A DNA stretch of 64,000 bases. It comes from Promethearchaeota archaeon (GTDB taxonomy: Archaea; Asgardarchaeota; Lokiarchaeia; Sigyniarchaeales; SOKP01). A program made the translations under genes and the position numbers. The stretch is from the NCBI GenBank assembly GCA_019057795.1, contig JAHLWS010000080.1:32001-96000 (forward strand), given 5' to 3'. Within the stretch, counting starts at the first letter, position 1, and every line of letters starts with the position of its first letter. The notes under the pieces are model-generated. The model made no database searches and was not told where the DNA came from. It saw nothing but the letters and a program-made list of their open reading frames with translations. Positions 1-9,012 of this stretch are shown here, piece by piece.

Positions 1-54
1 GAAGCTCATTCCTAAAATAATTAGGATTATTATTTTTTTCGCATTAGATTTCAT
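1..54 (-). CDS. 5' end of a secreted protein (signal peptide), runs off the window
   Basis: ATG at 54 gives MKSNAKKIIILIILGMSF..., resembling the N-terminus of the NosD-type protein at 42590 (MKSSVNSKIIILIALGILF). Confidence 0.55.
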   Translation of the reverse strand, partial: MKSNAKKIIILIILGMSF

Positions 55-259
55 TTTATTTTTCCTTAAAATTATCGTTAACTAATAAGATGATAATGAA
101 TTATTTAATCCTTTTCTTTATTTATGGTCTTACGATGCTCTCGAGATTGACTAAAAAGTAAAAGAAAAGACGACAATTTTGTATAAATAATCTTATTTAC
201 GTAAGTGATGTTTGTTTTTAGATTCTTGTAATATAGGTATCAATCAATAAAAAATTGCT

Positions 260-413
260 ATTACTAATCAGATTAAGATAGTTCTAATTAAAGTTAAATT
301 AGACATGATCAAATATTTAAGATTGAAATAAGATGAAATTTTATTAAGGAATAATAATTGAATGATCTTCTTTAATACGGTCTAAAACAATTTCAGTTTT
401 AACTTCTTCAACA
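260..413. repeat. Direct repeat copy 1 (Lrp 3' end plus downstream intergenic DNA)
   Basis: Ungapped alignment to 2236-2389: 4 mismatches in the 84-nt non-coding part, 15 in the 70-nt coding part. Confidence 0.95.
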
Positions 414-439
414 ACAGAGGGAAAAGACTTATTCGACAT
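344..439 (-). pseudogene. Lrp/AsnC C-terminal fragment (31-aa micro-ORF)
   Basis: MSNKSFPSVVEEVKTEIVLDRIKEDHSIIIP* matches the Lrp C-terminus GVEEIKTQIVLDRIKEDTTIIIP*. Confidence 0.8.
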
Positions 440-476
440 AATAATATTCTTTATCTATGGTCAGTATAGTTGAATA

Positions 477-956
477 CTAAAGTGTAATCCATATATTAAG
501 AGGATTTTCAATTTTTGGTCCTAAAGATTGAAATGATTCATGTTTGAAGTGAACATCACATGAATACATCACATCGATTTCTTTATAGATTGGTAGGACG
601 CAGAGATAATCCCAGATATGGATTCCACTTTGTAAGCTCATATCTAAGGCTTTATTTACATGTTTGATTGTATTCTCAAACCAGATAATAAATTCACTTG
701 TTAGTAATTGAAAACAATATCTTTGTACATTATCTAATGGGATCCGCATTCCTCGAAAACCTAAAATATGAAATATTTCACAAAGTTGATGATGTGTCAT
801 AAATATTTCATTTTGGCTTATTTGGTTTTTTAAAAATTTTTTAGCTCTTTCATGGAATTTGTTAGCATTCTGAAAATCTGATTCCTTTGAGAATTTTTCG
901 GATTTAGGTTTCTTTTTAGAAAAAATCCATATTTCAGTATCTATGAAGACCCTCAT
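477..956 (-). CDS. vapC: PIN-domain (VapC-like) toxin
   Basis: MRVFIDTEIW start, E in helix, HIWD and YSCD acidic PIN motifs; start moved to ATG 956, just after the antitoxin stop. Confidence 0.85.
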   Translation of the reverse strand: MRVFIDTEIWIFSKKKPKSEKFSKESDFQNANKFHERAKKFLKNQISQNEIFMTHHQLCEIFHILGFRGMRIPLDNVQRYCFQLLTSEFIIWFENTIKHVNKALDMSLQSGIHIWDYLCVLPIYKEIDVMYSCDVHFKHESFQSLGPKIENPLNIWITL

Positions 957-957
957 T

Positions 958-1236
958 CTATACACCAATATCTTCAAAATCATATTCTTTAAAATCATCT
1001 GGTCCTGCGCCTTCAACAGTTTCTTCTAATAATTCTAGAAATTTCTTTCTATCTTGTTTAAGTTTTAGACTTTTCGATGAATTTTTATCGACAGTGTTTT
1101 GCCTTTCTTCTAAAAGATAATTTATTGCCCTTTCTAAGGTCACTCTTTTACCCCTCTCTTTAGTCAATTCCCCTGCTAAACGATGTAATTTTTCAAGAGT
1201 CTTCTTTGATACTTTTATAGTTGTATTTTCACTCAT
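958..1236 (-). CDS. VapB-like antitoxin (RHH-like)
   Basis: TTIKVSK beta-strand then helices, acidic tail, directly upstream of PIN gene; paralogous to 46633-46902. Confidence 0.8.
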   Translation of the reverse strand: MSENTTIKVSKKTLEKLHRLAGELTKERGKRVTLERAINYLLEERQNTVDKNSSKSLKLKQDRKKFLELLEETVEGAGPDDFKEYDFEDIGV

Positions 1237-1463
1237 ATAGTATATATAGTATAATAGGTATATAAAGTATACTTGAATTTAATATTAAAACAAGTTATAT
1301 CAGATTTTTTTTCTATTATTAAATCTTAGACATTATGAAAATTACTTTTTAATTACATTTTCAATGATTTTAACTACCCCATTTTTCCCCCACCCCCGTG
1401 GATGGTGCCCTCTCCTAAAAAAAAAATTACTATATATTGCTAGTTTTGAAAAGATATAATAAC

Positions 1464-1488
1464 TGTCATTTACTATATTATAATGACA
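1464..1488. promoter_or_regulatory. Inverted repeat TGTCATT-N11-AATGACA, candidate AbrB operator
   Basis: Perfect 7-bp arms around a TATA-like core upstream of the AbrB gene. Confidence 0.45.
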
Positions 1489-1509
1489 ATTAGAAAGATG
1501 AAAATACAA

Positions 1510-1758
1510 ATGACTGAAAAAATTACTCAAAAAGTCTCATCAAATGGAAGGATTGTAATACCAAAAGAATGGAGAGACAAGTTAGCTATTGAAGATAAAA
1601 ATGAGGTTGAGATGGAATTGAAGGACGATAAGACCATTTTAATCAAAAAAAAGACACATCCTCTTGAGATTGAAGATAATTTATTTGAAGATGTGCCTCC
1701 ATTTACAGAGGAAGAGTTAGATCAAGCAAAAAAATCATTATTTCCTAGTGAGGAATAA
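1510..1758 (+). CDS. AbrB/MazE/SpoVT-family antitoxin
   Basis: KVSSNGRIVIPKEWRDKL motif; start could be 1483, 1498 or 1510. Confidence 0.9.
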   Translation: MTEKITQKVSSNGRIVIPKEWRDKLAIEDKNEVEMELKDDKTILIKKKTHPLEIEDNLFEDVPPFTEEELDQAKKSLFPSEE

Positions 1759-1786
1759 TCAAAAAATTGATGGTTCTTGATATAAA

Positions 1787-2188
1787 ATGATAGAAAAAGC
1801 AGTAATTGATGCTCAGGTTCTATTTTATTTCCATTATAACTATCAAAAAATTCCCCCAATACTCCAACAATTGAAAAAAAAAGTAATAAATGGAGAAATA
1901 ACAGTTATCCTACCTACAATTGCAATCGCAGAATTACTTTGGAAAATGAGAAAAGCTGGGAAAACAATCGCATTTGAGGAGGCTCTCAATCGATGGGAAC
2001 GCTCAGAAAATATCATTATCGATGATTTTAATATAACAATCATTAAATTGATGGTACAAAATGCTAAAAGTCACGAATTGCATGATGAAATCATCGCTAT
2101 GACGTGTAAAAAGCACGATACGAACATTATTTACTCCAATGATAAAAAATTTAAAGAAATATTCAATTTACAACTAAGATCTTGGTAG
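1787..2188 (+). CDS. vapC: PIN-domain (VapC-like) toxin
   Basis: AVIDAQ, IAEL, ELHDEII, YSND PIN motifs downstream of AbrB. Confidence 0.85.
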   Translation: MIEKAVIDAQVLFYFHYNYQKIPPILQQLKKKVINGEITVILPTIAIAELLWKMRKAGKTIAFEEALNRWERSENIIIDDFNITIIKLMVQNAKSHELHDEIIAMTCKKHDTNIIYSNDKKFKEIFNLQLRSW

Positions 2189-2235
2189 TAGAGGTTTGCA
2201 TTTTTATTCTCCCTCTATAACATTTATTCATAAGA

Positions 2236-2389
2236 ATTACTGATCAGAGTAAGATAGTTCTAATTAAAGTTAAATTAGACATGATCAAATATTTAATATT
2301 GAAATAAGATGATATTTTACTAAGGAATAATAATAGTTGTATCTTCTTTTATTCGATCTAATACGATTTGGGTCTTAATTTCTTCAACA
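2236..2389. repeat. Direct repeat copy 2
   Basis: Pairs with 260-413 at an offset of 1976 nt. Confidence 0.95.
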
Positions 2390-2793
2390 CCGGGAAGATT
2401 TCGCAATTTCTCAATTAGAATCATCGAATCTTCGTGATCCAGACATTTAGCCATGATAAACAAGGGATATTCGCCAGTAACTACATACGCATACTTTATC
2501 TTTTCCATACCTTCAATATGTTCCTTAATGCGTTCCAAAGGCTCAGAAGAGTTTACTCGTAAGGAAGCTATTACCATTTCGCGATATCCTAACTGACGGC
2601 AATCTATTAAAGCTACGTATTTTTTTATAAGTTTTTCTTCTAACCTTACTATTCGAGACCTTATAGCAGTAGGACTTTTTCCAACTTTAACAGAAATCTC
2701 TTTTATTGTAATTTTTGCATCGTTTTGTAGTAATTCTAAAATGTCCTTATCAATTCCATCAATCTCTGGAAGTTTCATGTTTGTTGCTGTCAT
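2320..2793 (-). CDS. Lrp/AsnC family transcriptional regulator
   Basis: IDKDILELLQNDAK HTH plus RAM domain (VTGEY); divergent from the sulfur/Hdr operon. Confidence 0.95.
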   Translation of the reverse strand: MTATNMKLPEIDGIDKDILELLQNDAKITIKEISVKVGKSPTAIRSRIVRLEEKLIKKYVALIDCRQLGYREMVIASLRVNSSEPLERIKEHIEGMEKIKYAYVVTGEYPLFIMAKCLDHEDSMILIEKLRNLPGVEEIKTQIVLDRIKEDTTIIIP

Positions 2794-2910
2794 GGTATTA
2801 AACCAATTTTAATTTAAATTATTTTTAACTATATTTTTCTTATTATTTTTATATTTTTTAAAAATTTAATTCTCTAAAGCTTTATTAAGATTTTATTGCT
2901 TATAATTTTT

Positions 2911-2942
2911 TCACTAAAATCACACTTTACTTTAGTGATTTT
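2911..2942. promoter_or_regulatory. Overlapping inverted repeats, candidate operator in the Lrp/tusA divergent promoter
   Basis: TCACTAAA-N12-TTTAGTGA (2911-2938) and AAAATCAC-N11-GTGATTTT (2916-2942). Confidence 0.45.
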
Positions 2943-3088
2943 TTATAGATAAATCAATTTCTTATAGTTAAAAAAACTACTATTTAAATATTATTTAATA
3001 TTTCTTTACTACAAAGATATCATAAATTAATTTAATTTGATATCAAAATAAGAAAAAATAGATAAAATAACTATAAAAGTGGAAAAAA

Positions 3089-3313
3089 ATGGCAGATATA
3101 ACACTTAATGCAGTAGGAAAAAAATGTCCTATGCCGGTTTTAATGACGAAAAAGGAACTAAAAAAAATGAGTTCAGGACAGACTCTTGAACTTATTGTCG
3201 ACGATACAGGTGCTATAAAAGATGTACCAGCTCTTCTGAATAAAACTGGCGATGAATTATTGGAAACTAAAGAAGATGGGGATCATTTAATATTTATGAT
3301 CCAAAAAGCTTAA
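3089..3313 (+). CDS. tusA: TusA/SirA family sulfur carrier
   Basis: GKKCPMP motif, 74 aa. Confidence 0.92.
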   Translation: MADITLNAVGKKCPMPVLMTKKELKKMSSGQTLELIVDDTGAIKDVPALLNKTGDELLETKEDGDHLIFMIQKA

Positions 3314-3342
3314 GATTAGATTATATGAGGAAAGTATTTGCG

Positions 3343-3711
3343 ATGACATCTTATTCATTCTTTATTAGTACAGAACCTTATAAATTTGAAGCTATTGATT
3401 CTCTAATTGAGATCTGTAAAGCTATGATTAGGAAGGGAAATTCAGTAAAGGGATTATTCTTTTACGGCTCGGGAGTATACAACTTGAAGAAAGACATTAG
3501 TAGTGGCACTTCAATCAGGAACATTCCAAAGAAGTTAGAAGAATTTTGCGGTGAAAATAAGATACCTGTTGTCGGTTGTAGTACGTGGGTTAGTCTTACA
3601 GGCTTAAACGAAAGCAATTTCATCAATGGAGCAACCGAAGAGGGATTAGGGGACTTCTCAAATTGGGCTATAGAATCAGACAAATTAATTGTTTTCGGAA
3701 CGGGGGGCTAA
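3343..3711 (+). CDS. dsrE: DsrE/TusD-like sulfurtransferase
   Basis: EPY, LFFYGSGVY, conserved Cys in VVGCS. Confidence 0.85.
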   Translation: MTSYSFFISTEPYKFEAIDSLIEICKAMIRKGNSVKGLFFYGSGVYNLKKDISSGTSIRNIPKKLEEFCGENKIPVVGCSTWVSLTGLNESNFINGATEEGLGDFSNWAIESDKLIVFGTGG

Positions 3712-3716
3712 AAACT

Positions 3717-4085
3717 ATGGTAGAATCTGTTGTTATTATAACCGATCAATCGCCAACGGGTAAGAATTCTGCTGCTGAAGCGATCCGAATTGGTTCGGGA
3801 TTTGTAGCTCTTGGAGAAATTATTAATTGCCAAATAGTTCTCACTGGAGACGCGGTTTATCTTTTAAACAAAAAAGCAAAACCTACAGCCGTTGGTATGG
3901 ACCCCGTAGATGAAACTATCGAAATGGCTGACTTATCGGACTTAGAATTATATGTTTTAGATAAATCGTTAAAAGATGCCGGTTTAACCGTTGAAGATTT
4001 AATTGAATACGAGAACTTAAAGGTCATTAGTATTGAAGCATTAATCGATTTAATCGAACAAGCAGACACCTGCTTTAGGTTTTAA
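3717..4085 (+). CDS. dsrF: DsrF/TusC-like sulfur relay protein
   Basis: SPTG..AAEAIR, LTGDAVYLL, SLKDAGL, C-terminal ADTCFRF; lies between dsrE and dsrH. Confidence 0.8.
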   Translation: MVESVVIITDQSPTGKNSAAEAIRIGSGFVALGEIINCQIVLTGDAVYLLNKKAKPTAVGMDPVDETIEMADLSDLELYVLDKSLKDAGLTVEDLIEYENLKVISIEALIDLIEQADTCFRF

Positions 4086-4100
4086 CGGGGTAATATAAAA

Positions 4101-4451
4101 ATGACGCAAGAATTGAGTGAATTTAATTTTTTATATTTATTTGGGTTTAGCGAAATTACAGGGAACCATTTAGAGCGATTATTACCAATATTGAAAGGCC
4201 AGATTAAAAAAGGAAGCCAAATTGGGCTCGTTTTGATTCACGATGGGGTGATTGGTATTAATAAGAGAGGCCGAATTACAAAGGCAATGGAAGAGCTTCT
4301 CAGCTTGAAAGTTACATTATATGCGATGATCCCCGATTTGAAAGCCCGTGGAATAGCTTTGGAGCAAACTCACGATAAAATTAAACGAATTGAATACGAC
4401 GACTTAATCGATCTTTTAGATAATAGGCTAAAAATAATATCTTGGATGTAA
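4101..4451 (+). CDS. dsrH: DsrH/TusB-like sulfur relay protein
   Basis: LIHDGV, DLKARG, IEYDDLIDL, C-terminal ISW. Confidence 0.85.
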   Translation: MTQELSEFNFLYLFGFSEITGNHLERLLPILKGQIKKGSQIGLVLIHDGVIGINKRGRITKAMEELLSLKVTLYAMIPDLKARGIALEQTHDKIKRIEYDDLIDLLDNRLKIISWM

Positions 4452-4554
4452 TTAGTCCGAGACAAGAATTAAGATTTTTTTAATAACATATCAAGAGAAA
4501 TTAGTTAAAAATTTAGTAAAAATATAAAAAAAAACAGAAAAAAAAGTGTTTAAA

Positions 4555-4971
4555 ATGGCTGAAAAAATGAGTTTTATTGTAAGTGATAAATCCTTCGAGA
4601 AATTTATGATGGCAACGATTCTTGGGACTACTGGAGCAGCAATGGACACTGAAATGAACTTTTTCTTTACTTTTTGGGGTTTAAACCTCTTAAAAAGAAA
4701 GTTTAAGCCTAAAGCAACTGGCATGCCAACCGGAATGAAAGGGATGGGTGCTATGATGTTTAGGAAAAAGTTAAAGAAATTTGGGATTGATAATCCTTGG
4801 AAATTAATCAAGGACGCTGTTGAAGACGGTAAAATGAAGCTTTATCCATGTCTAATGACTATGGATTTAATGGGTATAAAAAGAGAACAAATGTGGGACT
4901 TTGTTGAAGATCCAATTGGAGCAGCAGGTTTCATGGAAATTAGCGAAGGAGCAAATGTAATATCGTTATAG
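4555..4971 (+). CDS. DsrE2 (DrsE_2) family sulfur-transfer protein
   Basis: FFFTFWGL and YPCLMTMDLMG motifs. Confidence 0.9.
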   Translation: MAEKMSFIVSDKSFEKFMMATILGTTGAAMDTEMNFFFTFWGLNLLKRKFKPKATGMPTGMKGMGAMMFRKKLKKFGIDNPWKLIKDAVEDGKMKLYPCLMTMDLMGIKREQMWDFVEDPIGAAGFMEISEGANVISL

Positions 4972-5038
4972 ATATTACTCTAAATTTTTTTTTTTTTTAT
5001 TATTCAAGATAATTAAACAGTAAAAAAGATGGTAAAAA

Positions 5039-5605
5039 ATGTCTGATACGAAAGAATACCACCGAGAATTTAAAACTAACGAAGATTTTGATAAAGATTA
5101 TTTTAAAAATATAGAAAGAAAGTCTAATATTTGGCAATGCATTCAATGTGGAACATGTACGGCGAGCTGTGAAAGTGGTAGATGGACCGCATTAAAAACT
5201 CGTATGATTATACGAAAAGTTGTTCTTGGAGATTTATCAGTGCTAAGCGATCCTGATATTTGGTTGTGTACTACATGCTATCAATGTTATGAGCGTTGTC
5301 CTCGCGATGTGAGGCCCACAGATGTTATTATGGAATTGAGGAACTACGCAACTAAACTGGGAAATATATCACCAAATCATAGGGCTGTTGTAGGGTACTT
5401 AACAAACTATGGACATGCGGTACCGATAAATGACGAAATAAAACAACGAAGGGTTGAATTAGGATTAGACGAACTTCCTCCCACTGCGTTTAAATTTAAA
5501 CAAGAAGGGGACGGAAAAGATTTGAAGAAATTTGAAGAACATTTGTTTGATCTTCCTCCAGTTAAGGAAATTAAGGAGGAAAAAAAGAAGGAGGAGGAGA
5601 AATAA
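5039..5605 (+). CDS. hdrC: Heterodisulfide reductase subunit C
   Basis: CIQCGTCTASC and WLCTTCYQCYERCPR 2x[4Fe-4S], GHAVPI. Confidence 0.95.
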   Translation: MSDTKEYHREFKTNEDFDKDYFKNIERKSNIWQCIQCGTCTASCESGRWTALKTRMIIRKVVLGDLSVLSDPDIWLCTTCYQCYERCPRDVRPTDVIMELRNYATKLGNISPNHRAVVGYLTNYGHAVPINDEIKQRRVELGLDELPPTAFKFKQEGDGKDLKKFEEHLFDLPPVKEIKEEKKKEEEK

Positions 5606-5608
5606 GTA

Positions 5609-6526
5609 ATGGTAAAAGAAAATACATTTGCGTTTTTTTTAGGGTGTCTCATGCCTAATAGATATCCTGCTATTGAAAAAGCTACGATGTATGTTATGGA
5701 AAAATTAGGTTATACTTTATTAGATATGGAGAGAGCTACATGTTGTCCCGCTCCAGGAGTATTTCGCTCGTTCAACAAATTTGATTGGATGGTGGCAGGT
5801 GCTAGAAACCTCTGTATAGCTGAAAAACTTGATGTGGATATTATTACTGTCTGTAATGGATGTTTTGGAACGCTCCAAGAGATTAACAAACATTTAAAAG
5901 AAAACGAAGAGCATAGGGAATTGGTAAACGAAAAACTGAAACTTCTTGGCGATTATGAGTTTAAAGGAACGATCGATGTCCGACATATTGCCGAAGTGTT
6001 AGGATATGAAGTTGGTCCTTGGGGTATTGAAGAAGTTATAATTAGAAAAGTTAACGCCCGCGCTGCGGTACATTACGGCTGTCACTTTCTAAAACCAACT
6101 AGAATTAGAGAGATTGAAAGCTCTGAGGGACCAACGATCGTAGAAGAGTTTATTGAAGCGTTAGGGGTAGAATCTGTAAGATTTAAAGAACAATTAACTT
6201 GTTGCGGCGCTGGCGGAGGGGTAAAAGCGTACTCTGGCGACGCAAGCATGACGATTTTTGGAGAAAAAATGAAAAATATTGATGAAGTAAAACCTGATTT
6301 TATATTAGATATATGTCCCTTCTGTCATCTCCAATTTGAGACGGGACAAGATTATCTCAATAAAAATAAAGATTGTAATTACGATTATCCAGTTATTCAC
6401 ATTTCGCAACTTGTTGCGTATTGTATGGGGATGGACCAAGAATTTGTTGGTCTTCAATACCAATTAATGGGCAGAGATTACATTTTTGGTCGGCAAGAAA
6501 TCAAAAAAGAAGAGGAGGTCGTGTAA
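5609..6526 (+). CDS. hdrB: Heterodisulfide reductase subunit B
   Basis: FFLGC, TCCPAPG, CNGC, HYGCH, CCGAGGG, CPFCHLQF (two CCG domains). Confidence 0.95.
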   Translation: MVKENTFAFFLGCLMPNRYPAIEKATMYVMEKLGYTLLDMERATCCPAPGVFRSFNKFDWMVAGARNLCIAEKLDVDIITVCNGCFGTLQEINKHLKENEEHRELVNEKLKLLGDYEFKGTIDVRHIAEVLGYEVGPWGIEEVIIRKVNARAAVHYGCHFLKPTRIREIESSEGPTIVEEFIEALGVESVRFKEQLTCCGAGGGVKAYSGDASMTIFGEKMKNIDEVKPDFILDICPFCHLQFETGQDYLNKNKDCNYDYPVIHISQLVAYCMGMDQEFVGLQYQLMGRDYIFGRQEIKKEEEVV

Positions 6527-8563
6527 TTGACTGTTAAAGAAGAAAAAGTAAAGCCAATAGAAGATATTGAAGAAAAAACTGTATTTCAAGATTCAAAAGA
6601 TGAAGAGCCTCGGATTGGCGTTTTCATATGCCATTGCGGGCATAATATTGCTGGAACTGTAGATGTCGCGAAAGTAGCAGAATACGCAGGAACTTTACCC
6701 AATGTGGTAAAAGCAGAGCATTACATGTTTATGTGTTCAAAGCCAGGCGTTCAGATGATTAAGGATTCCATTAAAGAATTAGGAGTTAATAGAACTGTCG
6801 TAGCAAGTTGTTCTAAAAACCAGCACGGCAGAACATTTGCGAGAGCTATCGCTGAAGAGGGTATTAATAAACACCGCCACCAACAAGTTAATATACGGGA
6901 ATATTGTAGTTGGGTTCATAAAAAAGAAGAAGAAAAAGCGACTGCAAAATCGCTTCGTTTGGTAGAAGCTGGAGTTAATCGAGCTCGAAAACTTGACGAT
7001 GTAGAAACAAGGCGAGTTACGACCACTAAAGCAGCTTTGGTTATTGGAGGGGGTATCGCGGGACTCCGATCTGCTCACGATATGGCAGAATTAGGAATAC
7101 CAGTGTTTTTAGTTGAGAAAAACTCTACGATAGGAGGTCATATGACGAGGTTGAATAAAACATTTCCAACCTTAGAGTGTCCTCAATGTTCAATATCTCC
7201 TTTAACTAACGGTGTGGCGAATCATCCATTAATTGAGCTTTATACAAATGCTCAAGTTAAAAATGTTGAGGGCTCGTTAGGAAATTTTGAAATTGAAATC
7301 GAAATTAAACCTCGGTATGTTAAAGATAATTGTACATCTTGTGGTGAGTGCTCCTTACATTGCCCAGTAGAAGTACCAAGCGAATGGGATAAAGGTATGT
7401 CTATACGGAACGCTATTTATAAAGCATATCCTCAAGCAATTCCCGCAACATTCGTACGGGACAAGAAGGCTTGTATTGAGTGTAATACATGTATTAACCT
7501 ATGTCCAGTTCAAGCGATTGATTTTTCGATGCAACCTGAAACTAAAACTGTTAAAGTTGGCTCAATTATAGTTGCTGCGGGTTTTAGCGAATACGATCCT
7601 ACGGAAATTGAACCCTACCACTATGGGCAAGAGGGATACGAAGATGTCATTACTCAATTGAAATTGGAAAGAATGTTATCACCAACTTCTTTAACAAATA
7701 GCGAAGTATTGCGACCATCTGACGGAAAATTTCCTAAAAGCATTGTAATAATTCAATGTGTAGGTAGTAGAAACGACCAAGTCGGCAATCAATATTGTAC
7801 GGGCGTTTGTTGTAAATTTGCGATAAAAAACGCTCGAATCGTAAAAGAAATGTATCCTGACACCGATGTAACGATTTGTTACATTGATATAAGAACTCCT
7901 GGATTAAATTTCGAAGAATTATATAAATCTGCTCAAGAAGTTGGGGTCAGATTCATCAGAGGGAGACCTTCAGAAATCATTAAGGATCCTATTAGTGGAG
8001 AGTTAACAGTTATTGTAGAAGACACTTTGAGCATGACGCCTTTGCAATTGTCAGCTGATTTGGTAGTATTATCAGCAGCTATGGTGCCTCCCGAAGGAAT
8101 AGGGCCGCTAGGTTCTAAACTTCACGTATTACGCTCAAAAGAAGGATTCTTAAAAGAATTTCACATAAAAATGAACCCTACATTAAGTAGCAAAGGAGGA
8201 ATATTTTTAGCAGGTGCGATCCAAGGGCCAAAAGATATTACTGAGACTGTAGCTCACGCGGGAAACGCTGCCGCTCTAGCCGCTGCACCATTGGTAAAAG
8301 GCTACATAGAAAAGGAAATGTTAGTTCCAACGATAGATTACGAATTATGTGTTAATTGTGGAATTTGCAAAACAATTTGTGCACCAGCTGCTATTGATAT
8401 TGACGAAAACGGAAGACCTACAGTCAACGAAGTAGCGTGTAAATCATGCGGCATGTGCATGGCAAGTTGCCCAACGAGTGCAATTCAATTGATTAATTTC
8501 ACAGAGGATCAACTATACGATGAAATAATCGCTGTATCAGGCGGAGGTGCCGTGTGCGAATGA
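6527..8563 (+). CDS. hdrA: Heterodisulfide reductase subunit A (FAD, electron-bifurcating type)
   Basis: GVFICHCG, NIREYCSWVH, IGGGIAG, KTFPTLEC, inserted ferredoxin, IQCVGSR..YC..VCC, C-terminal ferredoxin; TTG start. Confidence 0.96.
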   Translation: MTVKEEKVKPIEDIEEKTVFQDSKDEEPRIGVFICHCGHNIAGTVDVAKVAEYAGTLPNVVKAEHYMFMCSKPGVQMIKDSIKELGVNRTVVASCSKNQHGRTFARAIAEEGINKHRHQQVNIREYCSWVHKKEEEKATAKSLRLVEAGVNRARKLDDVETRRVTTTKAALVIGGGIAGLRSAHDMAELGIPVFLVEKNSTIGGHMTRLNKTFPTLECPQCSISPLTNGVANHPLIELYTNAQVKNVEGSLGNFEIEIEIKPRYVKDNCTSCGECSLHCPVEVPSEWDKGMSIRNAIYKAYPQAIPATFVRDKKACIECNTCINLCPVQAIDFSMQPETKTVKVGSIIVAAGFSEYDPTEIEPYHYGQEGYEDVITQLKLERMLSPTSLTNSEVLRPSDGKFPKSIVIIQCVGSRNDQVGNQYCTGVCCKFAIKNARIVKEMYPDTDVTICYIDIRTPGLNFEELYKSAQEVGVRFIRGRPSEIIKDPISGELTVIVEDTLSMTPLQLSADLVVLSAAMVPPEGIGPLGSKLHVLRSKEGFLKEFHIKMNPTLSSKGGIFLAGAIQGPKDITETVAHAGNAAALAAAPLVKGYIEKEMLVPTIDYELCVNCGICKTICAPAAIDIDENGRPTVNEVACKSCGMCMASCPTSAIQLINFTEDQLYDEIIAVSGGGAVCE

Positions 8564-9012
8564 GTGATTGTGAAACTTCTGACGAATATATTAAAGAGAG
8601 GATTCAAAACATTGTTGTTTTCATGTGTAACGAGTGCGGTCAAGGCTCAGCAAACACCGCTGGTGTCGCTCGAATGTCGTACGACGCTGCAATAAGAATA
8701 ATTAGAGTACAATGCACAGGTCAAATTGGACCCATTCAGATTACGGACGCTTTGAACAATGGAGCCGACGCAGTAGCTTGCGTAGGATGTTGTTTAGGAG
8801 CATGTCATTTCTTTAACGGAAATATTTTATCAATGCACCGAATAAAATTAATGAAAAAGCTTTTTAAGGAATTGGGATATAGCGACCAGTTTGTAAACCA
8901 ATACACGTCGCGAGCTGCTGAAGGTGAAACTTCTGTTGGCGATTTTGAAGACATTATAGATCGATTAACAACTGCAATTATACAAAAGGGGACGATAAAA
9001 GATGGATGTTAG
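8560..9012 (+). CDS. mvhD: MvhD/FlpD [2Fe-2S] adaptor subunit
   Basis: FMCNEC, IRVQCTG, GADAV..VGC..GACHF.NGN; ATGA overlap with hdrA. Confidence 0.9.
   Translation: MSDCETSDEYIKERIQNIVVFMCNECGQGSANTAGVARMSYDAAIRIIRVQCTGQIGPIQITDALNNGADAVACVGCCLGACHFFNGNILSMHRIKLMKKLFKELGYSDQFVNQYTSRAAEGETSVGDFEDIIDRLTTAIIQKGTIKDGC

Noticed and set aside
260-2389. DGR template/variable repeat pair
   Set aside because: Mismatches are not restricted to adenines on either strand and no reverse transcriptase is present
6527-9012. Selenocysteine readthrough in HdrA/MvhD (known selenoprotein families)
   Set aside because: Motif positions are Cys; HdrA's TGA is a normal stop in an ATGA overlap with mvhD
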